The translations under genes and the position numbers were made by a program. Positions 46,563 through 60,766 of a stretch of DNA of 64,000 bases are shown here, one piece after another. Origin of the DNA: Narcine bancroftii (Eukaryota); NCBI RefSeq assembly GCF_036971445.1, contig NC_091473.1, forward strand, positions 205,158,377 through 205,222,376, read 5' to 3'. The stretch's first letter is position 1. Each line of letters opens with the position of its first letter. Under the pieces are notes generated by a model. That model was not told the origin of the DNA. It saw only the letters and a list, made by a program, of their open reading frames with translations, and did not search any database.

Positions 46563-47654
46563 TCTCATATTTTCTATACTTTTCTCGTAGCTAATTGCTA
46601 TTTGTTCCCTATACACACTTTACACCTTCTTCACCAGATCGCAAATGTCCTCGAAAACCAAGGTTCCCTCTGCCTGTTATCTGTGCCTTTAATCGTGACA
46701 GGAACGGGCAAAATCTGCTCTCTCAAAATGTCGCATTTGAAGACCTTCCACTGACTGAACACATATTTGCCATTAAACAGATTATTCCAGTCCACTCTTC
46801 CTCGATCCTTTCTCATTTCCATAAATTGGCCTCTCACCAATTTATAATATTAACACGACGGTTAGACCTGTCCATATGCATAAGTAAATTGAAAATAAGG
46901 ACATAAAGTATTGCATCAGCTCTCGTTGGCACCTATATATATTGATTAAGAAATCTTTCCTGAACAGATTTGACAAACGTTAAGCCACCCAGCCCTTTTA
47001 CCACATGGGGGTCCAGTCAATATATGGAAAATTAAAATCACCTACTATCCCAACTTTCTGTTTCTTACATCGGTCTGCTTACTCTTTTCAGATTTGCACC
47101 GTCAATTCTCTTGGACTATTGTACGGTCTATAATACAACCCTTTCAGTGTGGCCGCATCATACCCGTTGGTGAACTACATCCATATGGCCTCTGAGGACG
47201 AGTCCTCTCCTGTCTAATCTCACTCTTCCCCCTTTCACCCTCCCACATCATGTCAGAAAGAGAGAATCCTGGAGCAATGTGCTGCCAGTCCTACTGCTCC
47301 TGCAACCACGTCTCACTAAAGGCAATAAAGTCGTGATTCCACGCCTGAAAACCGCCCGCCTTTGTGGCAATACTCGTTGCCTTAAAATAAATAGAACATT
47401 TCTATCGTGTGCAAACCTTTGATTTCTGTCTATACACGCAGTCCTCACATGATATTTATCCACGTCCACCTCACTATCAGCTCTCACAGTCTGGTTTCCT
47501 TCCCCCTACAAATCAAACTTAACCCTCCGGAACAGCATCAGCAAACCTGCCTGCAAGGATATAGGTCCCCTTCCAGTTCGGATACAAACCCCCTGTCAGA
47601 TATATTTGCTGGAAAATCCGCAGCTCAGGGGTAGATGGTCTGTCTCACTATTGC

Positions 47655-47798
47655 ACGGACAGGAAGAAGGATTCCTTGGAGAAAAGGGGTCGGATATTCT
47701 TTGTCATTATCTCCGGAGATTCTGAAGTGGACTTGTCCGTTTGTCTCTGTTCGGTGCGATTCACACGCTTCCTGGGATATTGCGGAGGTACACAGGCT
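47655..47798 (+). pseudogene. V fragment, family G.
   Basis: As 37476-37619. Heptamer at 47762-47768. Confidence 0.5.
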
Positions 47799-48214
47799 CA
47801 TTCTGAGATGGGATGTGGTTATAGAGAAAAGGGTAGAAAGAAGTGGATAGAGCGTGTTGAGGATTGAGAAAGGTTAAGCAGGTGAAAGAGTGAGACAGAG
47901 TGAGGTAGAACCGTAGAATGAATGCAGGGGTGAGACGGAGGAGTGAGGGAAAGCGAGGGAGGAGATGCAAAGAGGGCAGGAGAAAGACGCGGGAAGTGGA
48001 CATAGAGGGAGAAACTGAGCGAAGGACGGGGAACGAGATGGGGATTGTCTTATCAACTCAGTCTGGTTGGTTCAATTATGGCCACACGAACCAATCCTGT
48101 GTGAGGTAAACACTCTCATATCTGGCCCAGGCGTCATTTCGCTTATAACATCGCCCCACCCTGGTACAGCGGTAACAGAGGGAAATCTTCGCTTTAGACC
48201 TTAATCCGCGTACC

Positions 48215-48888
48215 ATGTCCCTCCTGAGTTGTTTGCTGCTTCTGTGGGCCTTTCTGACTGGTGAGACTGTCTGATTGGTCAGCGACGTCTATCCATCGTC
48301 TTTTCTCTTTGTATCTCCAGCTTTAACCTAATGAAAATTGACAATTCCCCAAAATGTTGCTTCCGACTTGGAATCGCGCTCTTATATAATCGAGCATTTG
48401 TAAAATATTCTTCCTCCGATTTGAGTCCGGGCATCATTTTCCTACTGTGCTGTTGGCTGATTGTTTGCGCCGTTCTACCTGGTGAGAGTGATTGGTCAAC
48501 AAGTGTCCAGTGGGATCAGCGCGATTAACACCTTCTGTTTTGTTCCAGGGGCGAGTGGGAACGACTCAGTTAGTCAAGACCCCACGGAATTGGTGGTCTA
48601 TGAAGGGCAGATCGTATCACTGAGCTGCAGTTACTCGAAGAGCCTGACGGCATATATTTGGTACATTCATCATCCTGGAAAATCTCCCAAATATCTGCTG
48701 AAAATCTACGCGTCAGGAGAGGCGTTTCCGTCTCCAGATTGTCCGGAGAGGATATCGGGTATATTGGAGAAAAAGAGTCAGAAATCCCACCTTAACATCT
48801 CTAAAAGCCTTGTAGAAGATTCCGCCGTGTATCTCTGCGCAGTGAAGCACACGCTGTTCCTGAGCAGTGGCAGATCCGTACAAAAAAC
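48215..48888 (+). CDS. Germline V gene segment, family C, copy 3. L-PART1 48215-48260, V exon 48549-48849, RSS 48850-48888.
   Basis: Essentially identical to copy 2. ORF 48461..48892. Confidence 0.8.
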
Positions 48889-49470
48889 GTAGCACACGAA
48901 ATTTAATCGGACGCAGTGGGTCGGGGGCGCCCTCGATCACGGAATGGAAGCGGTAGCGCGACCTTCTTGGAGAGTCTGCAGGAACGTGGAGTGTGTTGAG
49001 ATCTGCCCTCCTATGATCGTTTCTCTCTCTCTGCGTGCTCTGTGTCTGAGGTGAGAGGTTGAAAGTCTTGAAGAAATAGACAGCTATTTGCTGGAATATT
49101 GTACTTAAACGATCGATTGTTGTTTAGATAGATGGGAGGGAGAGGTTATCACAACTCTCTAAAGGTTAAATAAGTGTAAGAGGGAGTGGAGTCGAAACAG
49201 AACGGGAGAAGCAGCGAGGGGGCCCAGGAAAACAAGCGGAGGTGATGGGAAGGGATGAGCGAGAGTGAAGAAGATAAAGACGTGGGGAGTGTAAATGTAG
49301 ACAGCGAAACACGAGCGAAAATGACTGAACATGAGAACAGCCAACATTAATAACTAGATTCCATTGGTCCAGTAACTGCGCCCTATTGAGCCGATGTGCG
49401 AGGAGGGCGCCCTCCTGTGTATCCTAGAGGATGGGCCGCCACTGACGCGACCACCCAGTCTTCGACTAAA

Positions 49471-49958
49471 ATGTTGAAATATTCGCTGTTTATCTTCATG
49501 CTGGTTTCGTCCCCATTCAGTTATTTGTTGATTCTGTGGGCCGTTCAGCTTGGTGAGCCTCTGACAGATTGGTCAGCGCGTGTCCCTACCGGCTCAGCGC
49601 AATTTTTCTCATATCTTGCACTGCGAGCTTCATTCCAGGAACAAAAGGGGAAATGTAGTAACACACGGAAATGTCTGCGGGACGCCAAGCAGAGTCACTG
49701 ACACTACTTACCCCACAAGTGTTACCTTATATCTTTGGGACGTTAAAATCCCCGTGGATCGTCAAATCTTGGATATAACATCCAGTTCGATGTGGTTCAG
49801 ACTCACGATCGTCTGGACAGGATGACGGTTACATTGGAGAAAAGGGTCCGAATATTACATCTCAATATCTCGAAAGCTCTTGAAGCCGACTTGACCGTGT
49901 ATATCTGTGCGGTGCGGCTCACGCTGTTCTTTGGAAATTGCGGTGACGCACAAAACCT
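49471..49958 (+). pseudogene. V pseudogene, family D, copy 4.
   Basis: Leader, degenerate V, FR3 and RSS as in copy 3. V end 49919. Confidence 0.65.
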
Positions 49959-50362
49959 GATTCTGAAATCGGATGTGGGTGGAATCAAAACGGGAGGAAG
50001 AGGACGGGAGATCATGTTAGTGATTGCGAAAGGCCGAGCAGGTGAAAATGTTAGATAGAATGAGCTAGAGGAATAGAATGAAAGAAGCGGAGAGAGGGAG
50101 CGAGGGAGGAGATAAAAAGACGGAAGACACTGGGAATGCACAGATAGAGGGAGAAACCGTGAAAGGAGAGCGCGATGAAGACTGTCTTCTCAACGCGGTC
50201 TGATTGGTTCACGCATGAGATCATCAACCAATCCTATGTGAAGGAAACGCATTCATTTCTGACCCAGGGTGTTTGTCCGCTCATAACATCGACCGATCCG
50301 TATTTCCCTATGTTCAGCTGTAATACAGGGAAATCTTCGCCTTTGACCTTAATCCGCAGATC

Positions 50363-51198
50363 ATGGCTGTTGTGTGTTTTTTGCCGATTCTTTGGGTCGT
50401 TTTGACTGGTGAGCATGTCCGATATGTTACCATCCCCGGTAGTCCACGTGTTTTTAACTTTAACATTAGTAAAGTTAGATGAGTTCCCCCCAAGAATCAA
50501 ACTCCTTAGCTCTCTCTCCGTTTACTCGTTTACTCGTTCACTGTCTACGTACTGATCTACGTCGCGCGCCCTCTTTCTCTCTCTCTCTCTCTCTCTCTGT
50601 CGCTCCTCGCCATTCTAATGAGAGAGAAACAAGTCCAGTCTCCAAAAGACATTTTTCAGCATCCGACTTGAGTTTGCGACCTTGTGTCGGGCGAGCATTT
50701 AGAAAATTTCTTTCTTCCGAATTGAAGCGGAGCATCATGTTCCTCCTGAAGATTGGGCAGAATCTTAGGGCCGATCTGCCAGCTGAGACAGATTGGTCAA
50801 CAAGTGTCGCGCGGGTGCAGTACGGACCAGCGGTGTTCACTCATTCTGCTTTGTTTCAGGGGCCAGTGCGAATGATTCAGTGACACAAAGACCGCCGGAA
50901 ATGATAGTCGATGAAGGGCAGTTTGTGGAACTGAACTGTAGTTACTCGATGACAACCTACGCATATTTTTGGTACATTCAACATCCCGGAGAATCTCCAA
51001 AATATTTGCTGAAAATCCAACTGTCAGGAGACGTGTTTCCTTCTCGCGATTGTCCTGAGAGGATATCGGGTTCCTTAGAGAAAACGAGCCAGTGATTCCA
51101 CCTTAATATCTCACAAATCCGCGTGGATGATTCCGCTGTGTATCTCTGCGCCGTGGAGCTCACGCTGTTCCAGGGCGGCGGGGATCTGCACAAAAACT
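50363..51198 (+). pseudogene. V gene segment, family A, copy 5. L-PART1 50363-50408, V exon 50860-51160 with in-frame TGA at 51093-51095, RSS 51161-51198.
   Basis: AGA to TGA nonsense in FR3 (KTSQ*). ORF 50793..51095 stops where other copies read ...TSQRFHLNIS. An additional substitution lies downstream. Confidence 0.7.
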
Positions 51199-52281
51199 CA
51201 CCTCGAGAATTGTCATCACCCGCGGCGGCTTGGGGGCGCTCTCGGTCCCCAGAAGCCAGTTCTGTCAGTCAGATTAATAGAAGGGTGAAGTCAACGCCGA
51301 GGTGCTGGAGATTTTCCCTCATCTTGCGTTTCTTTTTCTCTGCATCCGTTTCGTTTCTTTGAGGTTGAAGGTAGGATGACAGCGAGGGAGAAAAAGTGAA
51401 CAGCTGTTTCCCAGAATATAGTGGGAAAAGGGAAGTTATGTTTTTGTGATGGAAATTGAGAAGTTGATAAAGGCGGCGCGGGTAGGGCAAGAGCGTGGCC
51501 CCACATTCATGAGTGCATATGGCATAGAGTAGGGGACAAAGAAGGCATTGATGCGTGTTTCTGATCACCGTAGAGGAGGTGATGTTGCCGATGAGCTCTG
51601 TTGGGGGCTTCCAATGAGGATGTCACAGATCCAGTAACAGATGGCTGGACAAAGTACCGGATCCTTTAGATTGGCCATCCCCTTTGCAACTGTGTGGGCG
51701 TTGAACGCCGGGCATTAGTCCTTGAACAGCAAACCCACCATGGTATTTCAGCGGTATAGGTGATTTAATAAAGAGTGGACCGTCAACGGTAGGGGTGGGG
51801 GTGGGGGGCGGTCGTCACTTGTGGCGACGGGCGATGGGCGAATTGAAGTGTGTCCAGTTCCTTCAAGTGATAGGTGTTAATGCGCTCGATTACCAAACGG
51901 CGAAAACATTTCCTCCAAGTCGGTTAACTTGCTCCTGATGGGCAACAGGAGAGAGCAACGTGGAAGCAAAATGTCATAGAAATGCTGGAGCAACACAGCC
52001 GGTGCTGCAGATCCCAAAAGGAGGGAAAGATACCTCACCGATATTTCGGGTCTGAGCCCTACTTCAATGAATAAGAAAATCTCCTGAATGTGTTAAAATT
52101 AAGACTGCAGACTGACCTGGTTTGTTGGGGGGGGGGGGGGGGTGGAGAGGGGCAGTTCAAAGCGACAGTTGATAATTGGCTATGGAAGGTAAAGAGATGA
52201 GAATTGATTTTGTTTCTGTCAACGGGGACAGAGGGAAACTCACATAGACCGAGACACAGAATGAGAGATAGAGATAGATAG

Positions 52282-52405
<124 letters not shown>

Positions 52406-52491
52406 GCGGAATCGATATAGAGGGAGAGAGAGGGCCGCGGGGAAATGCAAAAGTGGGAAGAATTAATTGTTTATCCTGACTTCCCCCCCTT

Positions 52492-52834
52492 TCAGTTGTT
52501 TGCTGATTTTGTGGACCGATCCACTTGGCGAACCTCTGACTGATTGGGTAGCTTGCGTCCCTCCCGGTTCAGCGCAATTTCTCGCATATTACATTCATTG
52601 CGTGTTTCGTTCAGACACAAATTGAAATATCGTGGCCCATATATTAAATGCTTAAAAATTATAACCGAGACGACGTGGTTCTGCCTCACGTTTGACTGGA
52701 CAGGATGACGTTAGAGAAAAGGGGCCGGATATTTCACCTCAATACGTCGAAAACGTTTGTAGCGGACTTGATGGTTTATCTCAGGGCGTTGTGGCTCACG
52801 CTGTTCTTTGGAAATAGCTGGACGCACAAATCGT
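52492..52834 (+). pseudogene. V pseudogene, family E, copy 6.
   Basis: Homologous. Nonamer at 52826-52834. Confidence 0.6.
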
Positions 52835-53213
52835 ATGTGGTTTGAAATGAAACGTGAGAAAGAGGATGCTAGAGCACGTTAGGGATTGCTTAATGTTGAA
52901 CAGGTGAAAATGTGAGACAGAGTGAGCGTCAAGAATAGAACGAAAGAAGGAGAAAGGGGGCGAGGGAGGAGATTAAAAAAAGGGTAGATGCGGGGAGTGA
53001 ACAGGTAGAGGGTTCGTGAAGCGAGGGGAACGCGATGCAAACTGTCTTCACTAACGCGTTCTTATTGGTTGGATAATGACCACACCAACCAATCCTGTAT
53101 GATGGAAACACTCTCATATCTGTCCCAAGTGTTAGACCGCTCATAACATCGCCCCACCAATTGTACTGCGGTAACATAAGGAAACCTTCGTTGATGATCT
53201 TAATCCACATACC

Positions 53214-54041
53214 ATGTTCTTCGTGAATGGTTTGGTGATTCTTTGGGCCGTTCTGACTAGTGAGCCTGTCTGACTGGTCAGCGACTTCTGCCCATTGTCC
53301 TCTCTCTACAAATCTCTAGCTTTAACGTAATTAAAGACGGACAATTTCCCCAACTTCCTTTGCTCTTCCTTGCACGTTCTTCCTCCGCTTACTCATTTAC
53401 ACACTCTCTGTGTTTACTGAACTTCCTCGCGGTTTCACTGTCGCTCTCGTCCCCTCCTCTCTCGCTCTTCGCCATTTTCGTACGAGGGAAACGGGGACAC
53501 ATACAGAGTTTCTGCTGCTCCCGACGTGGGTACGCAACCTGATATGGTCGAGGATTTGTAAAATATCCTACCTCCGAATTTAGACCGGGCATCATGTTCC
53601 TACTGATTTGTTGGCTGATTATATGCACCGTTCCGCCTGTTGAGACTAATTGGTCAACTAGTGCTGCGCGGGTTCAGTGCCATCCAGCGGCGTTAACACA
53701 TTTTATTTTGTTCCAGGGGCGAGGGCAAAGGATTCGGTGACCCAAAGCCCGCCGCAAATGTTAGTGGATAAAGGGCATATCATATCAATGAGATGTAGTT
53801 ACTTGATTAGCCCCGACACTAATTTTTGGTACATTCAATATCCCGGAGAATGTCCAAAATATTTGGCGAAAATCTACACGTCCCGAATCGTGGTTCAGAC
53901 TCACGATTCTCCTGAGAAAATAACGCGTTATTTGGTGAAAAAGGTAATGAAATCCACCTCAACATCTCTGAAAGCCTTGTGGAGGAATCCGTCGTGTATC
54001 TCACGCAGCTGCAGATGGGCTGGCAGATCCACACAAAAAAC
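53214..54041 (+). pseudogene. V gene segment, family B, copy 6. L-PART1 53214-53259, V exon 53717-54001, RSS 54002-54041.
   Basis: FR3 1-nt deletion frameshift (VMKSTSTSLKAL). No C104. Q to H in FR1. Confidence 0.7.
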
Positions 54042-54931
54042 CGAACCTCATGGAATTTAATCGGACACTGTGGCTCAGGGGCGCACCCGTCAACGGAATG
54101 GAAGCGACAGCGCGATCTACCTGAAGGGCCTGCTAAAACGCGGAGTTGCAGGAGATTTGCCATTCTCTGAGCGTTTCTCTTTCTCTTAGTGCTCTTGGTC
54201 TGAATTGGAGGTTGGAAGTCAGGGGAGAGGGTGAAACAGATAGGTATTTGTCAGTATATTGTAGGAAAATGAAGCAATGTTCTTTAGATGGAAGGTGAGA
54301 AGTTTAAAAAAATCTTAGCCACGCGGGTCGGTGGGACTAGCGATCCCTCAAACCTGTTATTGCTAAAATGAACAACTAGCTCCTTGGTCTTGATGATATT
54401 AAAAACATAATTGTCGTTCTCGAACCAGCCAAACTGGTTCTCGATCACTATCCCTCATTCGGACTCATCGTTTCCATTTATTTGGGCAGCCCTGGTGGCG
54501 CCTTCAGCTAATTTGTAGATTGAGTTTGGGGTGAACTTGGCTGAACATCCATGAGTGAACATGGCTAAGGTTGAAGGGAGGGAGAGATTGGCACTGCTCT
54601 CGAAAGATTAACTAAGTGGAAGACGGAGTCGCCTCAAGGAAGGAAGTGAAAGAGAACAGGAGAAGCGGCGAGAGGGTGCAGGAAAACATGTGAAGATGAA
54701 GGAAAGGGATGAGCAAGAGTGAAGAAGAGAGAGACGTCTGGTGTGTAAATATAGACAAGTAACACGTGGGAAAAAGAGTGAGAATGAGAACGGCCAAGAT
54801 TAGTAACCAGATTTCATTGGTTCTATCACTATTGTGACGATGTGCGAGGAATGCGCCCTCCTGTGCCTCCTAGATGATGGGCCGCTACTGACGCGATCCC
54901 ACAGTCACATATCGGGCGAAGACGTTGAAAG

Positions 54932-55408
54932 ATGCTTCTGTTCATATTCATCCTGGATTCCTTCCCATTCAGTGTTTTTCTGATTCTGTGGGCCGTTCTG
55001 CTTGGAGAACCTCTGTCTAATTTGTCAGCGCGTGTCCCTCCCGGCTCAGACTATTTCCTCGCAGATCTGCACTGCTTGCTTCTTTCCGAAACAAATGGGG
55101 AAATGCTGTGACACACGGACATGGCCGCGGTAAGACAAGAAGTGGCACTGACACTAGTAACCCGAGAGGTGTAACCTTATTTTTTGGAGACGTTACAATT
55201 CCCGTGGACCGTGAGATCTTGGATATAACATACTATTCAATGCGTTTCGGTCTCACGATCGTCCGGACAGGATGACGGTTCCTTTGGAGAAAAGGGCCTG
55301 GATATTCCACCTCAATGTTTCGAAAGCTGTTGAAGCGGAATTGGCCGTGTATCTCTGCGCGGTGCCGCTCACACTGTTCTTTGGAAATTGCGGAAATGCA
55401 CAAAAGCT
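54932..55408 (+). pseudogene. V pseudogene, family F, copy 6.
   Basis: Homologous structure. FR3 ORF 55272.. Confidence 0.6.
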
Positions 55409-55832
55409 GATTCTGAAATCGGATGTGGGTAGAAACAAAACCGGAGACAGAGGACGCGAGACTCAGAGTGAGGCAGTCATATGGCAACTCGATCACACTC
55501 CCGCCACTCTCTCAGTGGAGGTTCCCCCTCAACCTTTCCCTTTCACCATAAAGCGGTGTCCTCTTGTAGTTATCTCTCCAAATCTAAGTTGAAAGAGCCT
55601 ACTCAATTTTACAGTGTCTACATCTCTCTTAAATTAGTAAATCTCAATCAAGCATCCCCTTATTCCTCTACGCTACAAGTCCTAACCTGTGTAATCTTTC
55701 CCTGTAATTCAACTCCTGAATACTCGAAACATCGTAGCAAATCTCTCTGCACTCTTTCAATCTTAAATATACCCTTCGTATAGTTTGGCGACCAGAAGAG
55801 CACACAGAACTCCTAATGTTCTCATATTTTCT

Positions 55833-56726
55833 TTCTTTTTCAATCTTTTTATTATTATTATAATTTATAAACACATACAGTTCAAAGAGATATAAAAATA
55901 CATAGTAAGTAATGAATTAATACAGAGATATTAAACAATAATATTTCAGAATAAAAATATATCATAAATTTTTTTTTACATCAGTTTAAGGTGTGAACTA
56001 TCTCTAAAAAAAGATATAATTAATAACAATATATTTAAAAAGGAGAAAAAAATACCCCAAAAAAGAAGAAAAAACAAATCTGAATTAAAAAAACTTTAAA
56101 AAAAACTTAAAAAAAACCTACAGATATAGATAAACCACGCTGATCACTCCGATCTCAACTTACAGCCCAATTATCATACATAATCATAGAAAGAAAACAG
56201 AGCCAGATCAACTCACCACAAATGAAAATATTGAATAAATGGTCGCCAGGTTAACTCAAACTTAGAAGGGGATTCATAGACAGAGTTTCTAATTTTCTCT
56301 AAATTTAAACATAGTATAGTTTGGGTAAACCATTGGAAAACAGTGGGAGGATTAACCTCTTTCCAATTCAATAGTATAGATCTTCTAGCCATTAGTGTAA
56401 GAAAAGCAATCATACGATCCGCAGGAAGAGATAAATAAGTCAAATCTATCATAGGTGCAAAACATTCACTAATAGAGTTTAAAGTTGTTCATAGAGCTCA
56501 TATGTCTAAAGATAAGCTCCATCGCTTTTATTCTCATATCGATCCTATATGTGATAAATGTCAATTGGAAATAGCTTCCCTTACACATATGTTTTGGTCC
56601 TGTCCCTCTTTACAGAATTATTGGAAGGAAATTTTTTCCATTATATCTACTGTTTTGAATATTGATTTACAACCACATCCCATTGCTGCAATTTTTGGAT
56701 TACCTATGATAGATTTGACTTATTTA
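55833..56726 (-). mobile_element. Same twin-priming LINE fragment insertion, cassette-6 copy.
   Basis: TSD at 55820-55832 and 56727-56739. ORF fragments 56213..56452 (-) and 56502..56726 (+). Confidence 0.75.
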
Positions 56727-57801
56727 TCTCATATTTTCTATACTCTTCTCGTAGCTAATTGCTATTTGTTCCCTATACACACTTTACACCTTCTTCACCA
56801 GATCGCAAATGTCCTCGAAAACCAAGGTTCCCTCTGCCTGTTATCTGTGCCTTTAATCGTGACAGGAACGGGCAAAATCTGCTCTCTCAAAATGTCGCAT
56901 TTGAAGACCTTCCTCTGACTGAACACATATTTGCCATTAAACAGATTATTCCAGTCCACTCTTCCTCGATCCTTTCTCATTTCCATAAATTGGCCTCTCA
57001 CCAATTTATAATATTAACTCGACGGTTAGACCTGTCCATATGCATAAGTAAATTGAAAATAAGGACATAAAGTATTGCATCAGCTCTCGTTGGCACCTAT
57101 ATATATTGATTAAGAAATCTTTCCTGAACACATTTGACAAACGTTAAGCCACCCAGCCCTTTTACCACATGGGGGTCCAGTCAATATATGGAAAATTAAA
57201 ATCACCTACTATCCCAACTTTCTGTTTCTTACATCGGTCTGCTTACTCTTTTCATATTTGCACCGTCAATTCTCTTGGACTATTGTACGGTCTATAACAC
57301 AACCCTTTCAGTGTGGCCGCATCATACCCGTTGGTGAACTACATCCATATGGCCTCTGAGGACGAGTCCTGTCCTGTCTAATCTCACTCCTCCCCCTTTC
57401 ACCCTCCAACATCATGTCTGAAAGAGAGAATCTAGTCCTACTGCTCCTGCAACCACGTCTCACTAAAGGCAATAACGTCGTGATTCCACGCCTGAAAACC
57501 GCCCGCCTTTGTGGCAATACTCGTTGCATTAAAATAAATAGAACATTTCTATCGTGTGCAAACCTTTGATTTCTGTCTATACACGCAGTCCTCACATGAT
57601 ATTTATCCACGTCCACCTCACTATCAGCTCTCACAGTCTGGTTTTCCTCCACCTACAAATCAAATTTAACCCTCCGGAACAGCATCAGCAAACCTGCCTG
57701 CAAGGATATAGGTCCCCTTCCAGTTCGGACACAAACCCCCCGTCGGATATATTTGCTGGAAAATCCGCAGCTCAGGGGTAGAGGGTCTGTCTCACTATTG
57801 G

Positions 57802-57945
57802 ACGGACAGGATGAAGGGTTCCTTGGAGAAAAGGGGTCGGATATTCTAAGTCATTATCTCCGGAGATCTTGAAGCAGACTTGGCCGTTTGTCTCTGTTCG
57901 GTGCGATTCACACGCTTCCTGGGATATTGCGGAGGTACACAGGCT
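57802..57945 (+). pseudogene. V fragment, family G.
   Basis: As above. Shows the uninterrupted target sequence gtcattatctccggagatcttgaagcagac. Confidence 0.5.
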
Positions 57946-58359
57946 CATTCTGAGATGGGATGTGGTTAGAGAGAAAAGGGGAGAAAGAAGTGAATAAGCG
58001 TGCTGAGATTGAGAAAGGTTAAGCAGGTGAAAGAGTGAGACAGAGTGAGGTAGAACTGTAGAAAGAATGAAGGGGTGAGACGGAGGAGTGAGGGAAAGCG
58101 AGGGAGGAGATACAAAGAGGGAAGGAGAAAGACGCGGGAAGTGGACATAGAGGGAGAAACTGAGCGAAGGACGGGGAACGAGATGGGGATTGTCTTATCA
58201 ACTCAGTCTGGTTGGATCAATTATGGCCACACGAACCAATCCTGTGTGAGGTAAACACTCTCATATCTGGCCCAAGCGTCATTTCGCTTATAACATCGCC
58301 CCACCCTGGTACAGCGGTAACACAGGGAAATCTTCGCTTTAGACCTTAATCCGTGTACC

Positions 58360-59033
58360 ATGTCCCTCCTGAGTTGTTTGCTGATTCTGTGGGCCTTTCT
58401 GACTGGTGAGACTGTCTGATTGGTCAGCGACGTCTATCCATCGTCTTTTCTCTTTGTATCTCCAGCTTTAACCTCATGAAAATTGACAATTCCCCAAAAT
58501 GTTGCTTCCGACTTGGAATCGCGCTTTTATATAATCGAGCATTTGTAAAATATTCTTCCTCCGATTTGAGTCCGGGCATCATTTTCCTACTGTGCTGTTG
58601 GCTGATTCTTTGCACCGTTCTGCCTGGTGAGAGTGATTGGTCAACAAGTGTCCAGTGGGATCAGCGCGATTAACACCTTCTGTTTTGTTCCAGGGGCGAG
58701 TGGGAACGACTCAGTTAGTCAAGACCCCACGGAATTGGTGGTCTATGAAGGGCAGATCGTATCACTGTGCTGCAGTTACTCGAAGAGCCTGACGGCATAT
58801 ATTTGGTACATTCATCATCCTGGAAAATCTCCCAAATATCTGCTGAAAATCTACGCGTCAGGAGAGGCGTTTCCGTCTCCAGATTGTCCGGAGAGGATAT
58901 CGGGTATATTGGAGAAAAAGAGTCAGAAATCCCACCTTAACATCTCTAAAAGCCTTGTAGAAGATTCCGCCGTGTATCTCTGCGCAGTGAAGCACACGGT
59001 GTTCCTGAGCAGTGGCAGATCCGTACAAAAAAC
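58360..59033 (+). CDS. Germline V gene segment, family C, copy 4. L-PART1 58360-58405, V exon 58694-58994, RSS 58995-59033.
   Basis: ORF 58627..59037. Extra Cys next to C23 (SLCCSYS). Heptamer CACGGTG. Confidence 0.75.
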
Positions 59034-59609
59034 GTAGCACACGAAATTTAATCGGACGCAGTGGGTCGGGGGCGCCTTCGATCACGGAATGGAAGCGGCA
59101 GCGCGACCTTCTTGGAGAGTCTGCAGGAACGTGGAGTGTGTTGAGATCTGCCCTCCTCTGATCGTTTCTCTCTCTCTGCGTGCTCTGAGGTGAGAGGTTG
59201 GAAGTCTTGAAGAAATAGACAGCTATTTGCTGGAATATTGTACTTAAACGATCGATTGTTGTTTAGATAGATGGGAGGGAGAGGTTATCACTACTCTCGA
59301 AAGGTTAAATAAGTGTAAGAGGGAGTCGAGTCGAAACAGAACGGGAGAAGCGGCGAGGGGGACCAGGAAAACAAGAGGAGGTGATGGAAAGGGATGAGCG
59401 AGAGTGAAGAAGATAAAGACGTGGGGAGTGTAAATGTAGACAGCGAAACACGAGAGAATATGACTGAATATGAGAACAGCCAACATTAATAACTAGATTC
59501 CATTGGTCCAGTAACTGCGCCCTATTGAGCCGATGTGCGAGGAGGGCGCCCTCCCGTGTATCCTAGAGGATGGGCCGCCACTGACGCGACCACCCAGTCT
59601 TCGACTAAA

Positions 59610-60097
59610 ATGTTGAAATATTCGCTGTTTATCTTCATGCTGGTTTCGTCCCCATTCAGTTATTTGTTGATTCTGTGGGCCGTTCAGCTTGGTGAGCCTC
59701 TGACAGATTGGTCAGCGCGTGTCCCTACCGGCTCAGCGCAATTCTTCTCATATCTTGCACTGCGAGCTTCATTCCAGGAACAAAAGGGGGAATGTAGTAA
59801 CACACGGAAATGTCTGCGGGACGTCAAGCAGAGTCACTGACACTACTTACCCCACAAGTGTTACCTTATATCTTTGGGACGTTAAAATCCCCGTGGATCG
59901 TCAAATCTTGGATATAACATCCAGTTCGATGTGGTTCAGACTCATGATCGTCTGGACAGGATGACGGTTACATTGGAGAAAAGGGTCCGGATATTACATC
60001 TCAATATCTCGAAAGCTCTTGAAGCCGACTTGACCGTGTATATCTGTGCGGTGCGGCTCACGCTGTTCTTTGGAAATTGCGGTGACGCACAAAACCT
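59610..60097 (+). pseudogene. V pseudogene, family D, copy 5.
   Basis: As above. V end 60058. Confidence 0.65.
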
Positions 60098-60501
60098 GAT
60101 TCTGAAATCGGATGTGGGTGGAATCAAAACGGGAGGAAGAGGACGGGAGATCATGTTAGTGATTGCGAAAGGCCGAGCAGGTGAAAATGTTAGATAGAAT
60201 GAGCTAGAGGAATAGAATGAAAGAAGCGGAGAGAGGGAGCGAGGGAGGAGATAAAAAGACGGAAGACACTGGGACTGCACAGATAGAGGGAGAAACCGTG
60301 AAAGGAGAGCTCGATGAAGACTGTCTTCTCAACGCGGTCTGATTGGTTCACGAATGAGATCATCAACCAATCCTAGGTGAAGGAAACGCATTCATTTCTG
60401 ACCCAGGGTGTTTGTCCGCTCATAACATCGACCGATCCGTATTTCCCTATGTTCAGATGTAATACGGGGAAATCTTCGCCTTTGACCTTAATCCGCAGAT
60501 C

Positions 60502-60710
60502 ATGGCTGTTGTGTGTTTTTTGCCGATTCTTTGGGTCTTTTTGACTGGTGAGCATGTCCGATATGTTACCATCCCCGGTAGTCCACGTGTTTTTAACTTT
60601 AACATTAGTAAAGTTAGATGAGTTCCCCCCAAGAATCAAACTCCTTAGCTCTCCCTGCGTTTACTCGTTTACTCGTTCACTGTCTACGTACTGATCTACG
60701 TCGCGCGCCC

Positions 60711-60766
<56 letters not shown>

